A stretch of 64,000 bases of DNA, taken from positions 1 to 64,000 of the forward strand of contig JBBPEB010000003.1 of the NCBI GenBank assembly GCA_039096225.1, written 5' to 3'. Shown here in pieces: positions 59,001-64,000 of this stretch. The notes beneath the pieces were generated by a model, which was given only the letters and a program-made list of their open reading frames with translations, did not search any database and was not told where the DNA came from. The position numbers and the translations under genes were made by a program. Within the stretch, counting starts at the first letter, position 1, and each line of letters opens with the position of its first letter. The stretch comes from Blastocystis sp. Blastoise. Taxonomy: Eukaryota > Protista > Bigyra: Opalinata.

Positions 59001-61281
59001 GTACAATGGATCTATAAATATTAAAATATATATATAATGAAAATAGTAACAAAAAATATATATATATATAAACATACTCCATAGTAGGTCCATAGAATGT
59101 TTCTTTTTCAGGTAAATATGCACGAATAGAAGCAAGCATAAGTCTCCAATCATATCGGAAGGAAATACCTGTAGCAGATGGATTCTTTGATTTTCTATGT
59201 GTAAGAATTTTATTATAAACAAGAGATGCTTGAGATTGAATAAGTGTCCAATCAATCTTCCCATGAATATGTTCAACTTCTTCATAAGGATATGATTCTT
59301 TCAGTTTATTAATAAACCAAAGTGTGTTCGTCCAAGAAATAGAGAAATCATAAAGATTAGTAGCTTTACTACAGGATAAACAAGCGTTATTAATATCTGT
59401 ACTATGACCACCATATCCATCTAATTTACAGTCAGAAATAGGATTCTTATCAGCGGTACAACCCTCTACATTCATATTTCCAAATAAACCACGGTTATAA
59501 GTATACATAGCTGCAGCGAATTCCATAGCATCTTCAGCATCTTCATCTCCTTGACGAAGATCCCATGCAGGACGCATTCCCTATATATATAGATATGTAT
59601 ATTTATAAAATGAAAAATAATAAATAATAATACATATTAAGAGAATAATATATATATATATAACAAAGTTACATGTAAAAATATATAAATCATAAATATA
59701 ATATAAATATAATATAAATATAATATAAATATAATATAAATATAATATAAATATAATATAAATATAATATAAATATAATTATATGTAATATAAATATAAT
59801 ATAAATATAATATAAATATAATTATATGTAATATAAATATAATATAAATATAATATAAATATAATATAAATATAATCATATGTAATATAAATATAATCAT
59901 ATGTAATATAAATATAATAAAAAATATAATATAAATAAAATAAACATAATATATACTTGTTTAGGAAGACGCATAATAACATTATGTCTGAAATGAAGGT
60001 CAAGAGAAGATAATACAATAGCTAAATATAAATCACCAGTGACAGAGTCATGATATTCACGGAACTTATTATAATTAATTAAAAATTCATTATCTGAAAT
60101 AAATCTATATATTATAAAAATTAGAATATATATACATATATCAACATAAAGAACAACTTACGAAGGTTTTCTTTCAGAAATAGGAATAGAAGAATTTCCA
60201 GTAAAGAAACGATGAGGAATGACAGAAACATCAGTAGACATAGCAGGAGTTTCGACTTGGAAAGGACCATCCTTATTATTATCGACAAATAAACCATCAT
60301 TTCGTAATGTATTTAAGAATTCATCATCACCATCAACAATAAAATAACTATTATCTTTTTCTTTATAAAGAGCAGTAGCAAAGGTTTCTTTAGCAGCTAA
60401 ACCCATCATAGCATTTGGATTAATACCATATTGATCTTGACCATAAGCGAGGAACATACCAAAATATTTATCAGGAAGACGAATAATAACGGGAGTATTA
60501 CTGACTGTAATGACATTATCAGGTCTACCAATGAACATTTGAGTATATTGATTTCTAAAATCAGAATGGAAACCACAAACATCTTTAGTAGTTGGTTTGT
60601 ATACAGAAGAATCATCATATCCAGGAGAATTCATAATAGTAGTCACTTGATCAAGTAATTGATCACGAGATAAAGTCAATGCATAACTATAGGATATATA
60701 TTGATAGAAAATGAATACAAAAATTATATTTTAATCATTTTTTAATAAAAAAAATATAAATATAAATGTGAAAAATAATTCGAAACAAAAAGAGTAAAAT
60801 TTCTAACTAAAAAAATTAAACAAATTAAAAAATATATTTACGGTCCATGTTGAGTATGGTTAAAAACATAATTTGTTGTAGCATCGCCACCAGATCCATT
60901 AGTATTATCATCAGTACTTGTATCTCCACCAGGTACACCCCAAGGCCATTCAGGATCTTCAGTAGGACAATTTGTTGTTGAAGGACATTCCCAACTATGA
61001 ACAATAGTGCCAGCTTTACATTTAGTACCAGAAGGAAGTTCCTATAAAAGATATTTAATAGATCAGAAGTTCAATGATAGATAATATGATGAATATGAAG
61101 TGAAATATACTTGAGGTTTATGTAAATATCCATTCTCACATTGAACAAATTTTGAACAACAATCGATAGGATAACAAATAACTCCAGAAAAGCCAGATTT
61201 ACATTGATCTCTGTTGTCTGTGCTTTCTGCATAAACAAAGGTAAGGAACAATAGAACGATTTCAATAATATTAACTTTCAT
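56044..61281 (-). CDS. Secreted, C-terminally membrane-anchored multidomain chitinase: CBM14-like modules, lysozyme-fold domain, PT repeats, GH18 domain
   Basis: Signal peptide MKVNIIEIVLLFLTFVYA; GH18 FVGYFTNWAQYR...FDGIDLDWEYP...LMTYDLHG...GGMVWTVDNDD; three CYPxxCC modules; three CG(N/D)G(I/V)C...CPxDC repeats; TM ITIGILGSLLGVALLVGTVMFV. Five introns. Confidence 0.92.
57430..58885 (-). repeat. Three coding Pro/Thr (PTT[A/K/T]) mucin-like repeat tracts in the chitinase
   Basis: 12-bp-based repeats at about 57430-57745, 58020-58310 and 58663-58885. Confidence 0.95.
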
Positions 61282-62006
61282 ATTTGTAATAACAAAACAA
61301 ATAAAATATGTCAAGAAATAAGAAAAACAAAATGAACCAAATATCTTTGTCCCCTATAATGATACACTATTTCGAAGTTATTTCATTGGATACTATTTGT
61401 TTCGATTTTCGAAATATAAATGTTCGTATTGGTTTTTTATAGGACCTCCATAAGTTTTCGAAAGATATACATAATGTTAGTTACGATTTGATGAAATATC
61501 GAATCAACAGAAGACGATTTTCTTTTTCCGGATGAATTGAAACGAATGTATACAGTAGAAAGATATCTATGGTTTCATAGGATAAAATACTACTGACGAT
61601 GAACTGTGTCATAATTAAATGTAAATATTGATCGAAAATAAGTTGTTGATGTCGGTGATTCAGCGATGGATGGCGTGTTCTTGAAGGACATATTTGACGA
61701 AGATAAAATTATGTATATCAGTTTCGGATATGATGACATACATAATTATTTGCGATTTATTGAAGAATATTCTTTAAAAAAATGGTTCTTTTTTAATTTT
61801 TTGTTTTTTTCTGTAATCTCAAATACTATAAGGATAAGAATATATATAGAGTTGACATTTATAAGTTGATTAAATATATGATAAATTTGAAAAAAACTGG
61901 ACTACTTTAAAAATATATGTGAAGAATACATAGAAAACTAATGCATGAATAGAAATATATTAAAAATTAGATCATTATATTTAAAAATATATATAGATCT
62001 ATATAT

Positions 62007-63801
<1,795 letters not shown>

Positions 63802-64000
63802 TTGAAATTGTTTAATATTTCATATAAAAAGTAATAATTTATGAAAAAATCTTTTTATTCCCTAGAATTCCCTTTGATATTCGTGAATCTATTAAAATAA
63901 TTAAAAAGCAGAGTTTTGCACTCATCTGTGTTTATAAAATATTTAAATTCTTTTTCTATACATATCATATTGTGTTTTGTTGTGAAATAAATATAAACAA

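Overview
Very AT-rich, intron-rich eukaryotic nuclear DNA with GT-AG introns and the standard code; every gene I modelled ends in a genomic TAA. There are about 16 protein genes: a STEEP1-DUF167 fusion, mitochondrial methylmalonyl-CoA mutase, a multi-ubiquitin-like/SH3 protein, Sec23, transketolase, complex I subunits NDUFB10 and NDUFB3, an ELM2/PLU-1-like/PHD chromatin protein, a CHD-like PHD-chromo-SNF2 pseudo-ATPase, SPF30, a 5-KH RNA-binding protein, a MECR-like reductase, Rrp43, importin-5, a large chitinase and TFIIH p44. The gene set fits a protist with complex I-bearing mitochondria or mitochondrion-related organelles, possibly a Blastocystis-like gut stramenopile (inference only). Four observations stand out. 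(1) A secreted, membrane-anchored enzyme joins an unannotated lysozyme/SLT(GH23)-fold domain to a GH18 chitinase. (2) A GC-only palindrome CC(C)GCGG(G) and its CpG-transition variants recur in exons in all three reading frames. (3) Many introns have (TA)n near-perfect inverted repeats at both ends. (4) A decayed organellar-type tRNA-Asn lies near the window start. CDS coordinates are start-to-stop spans including introns, modelled by eye.
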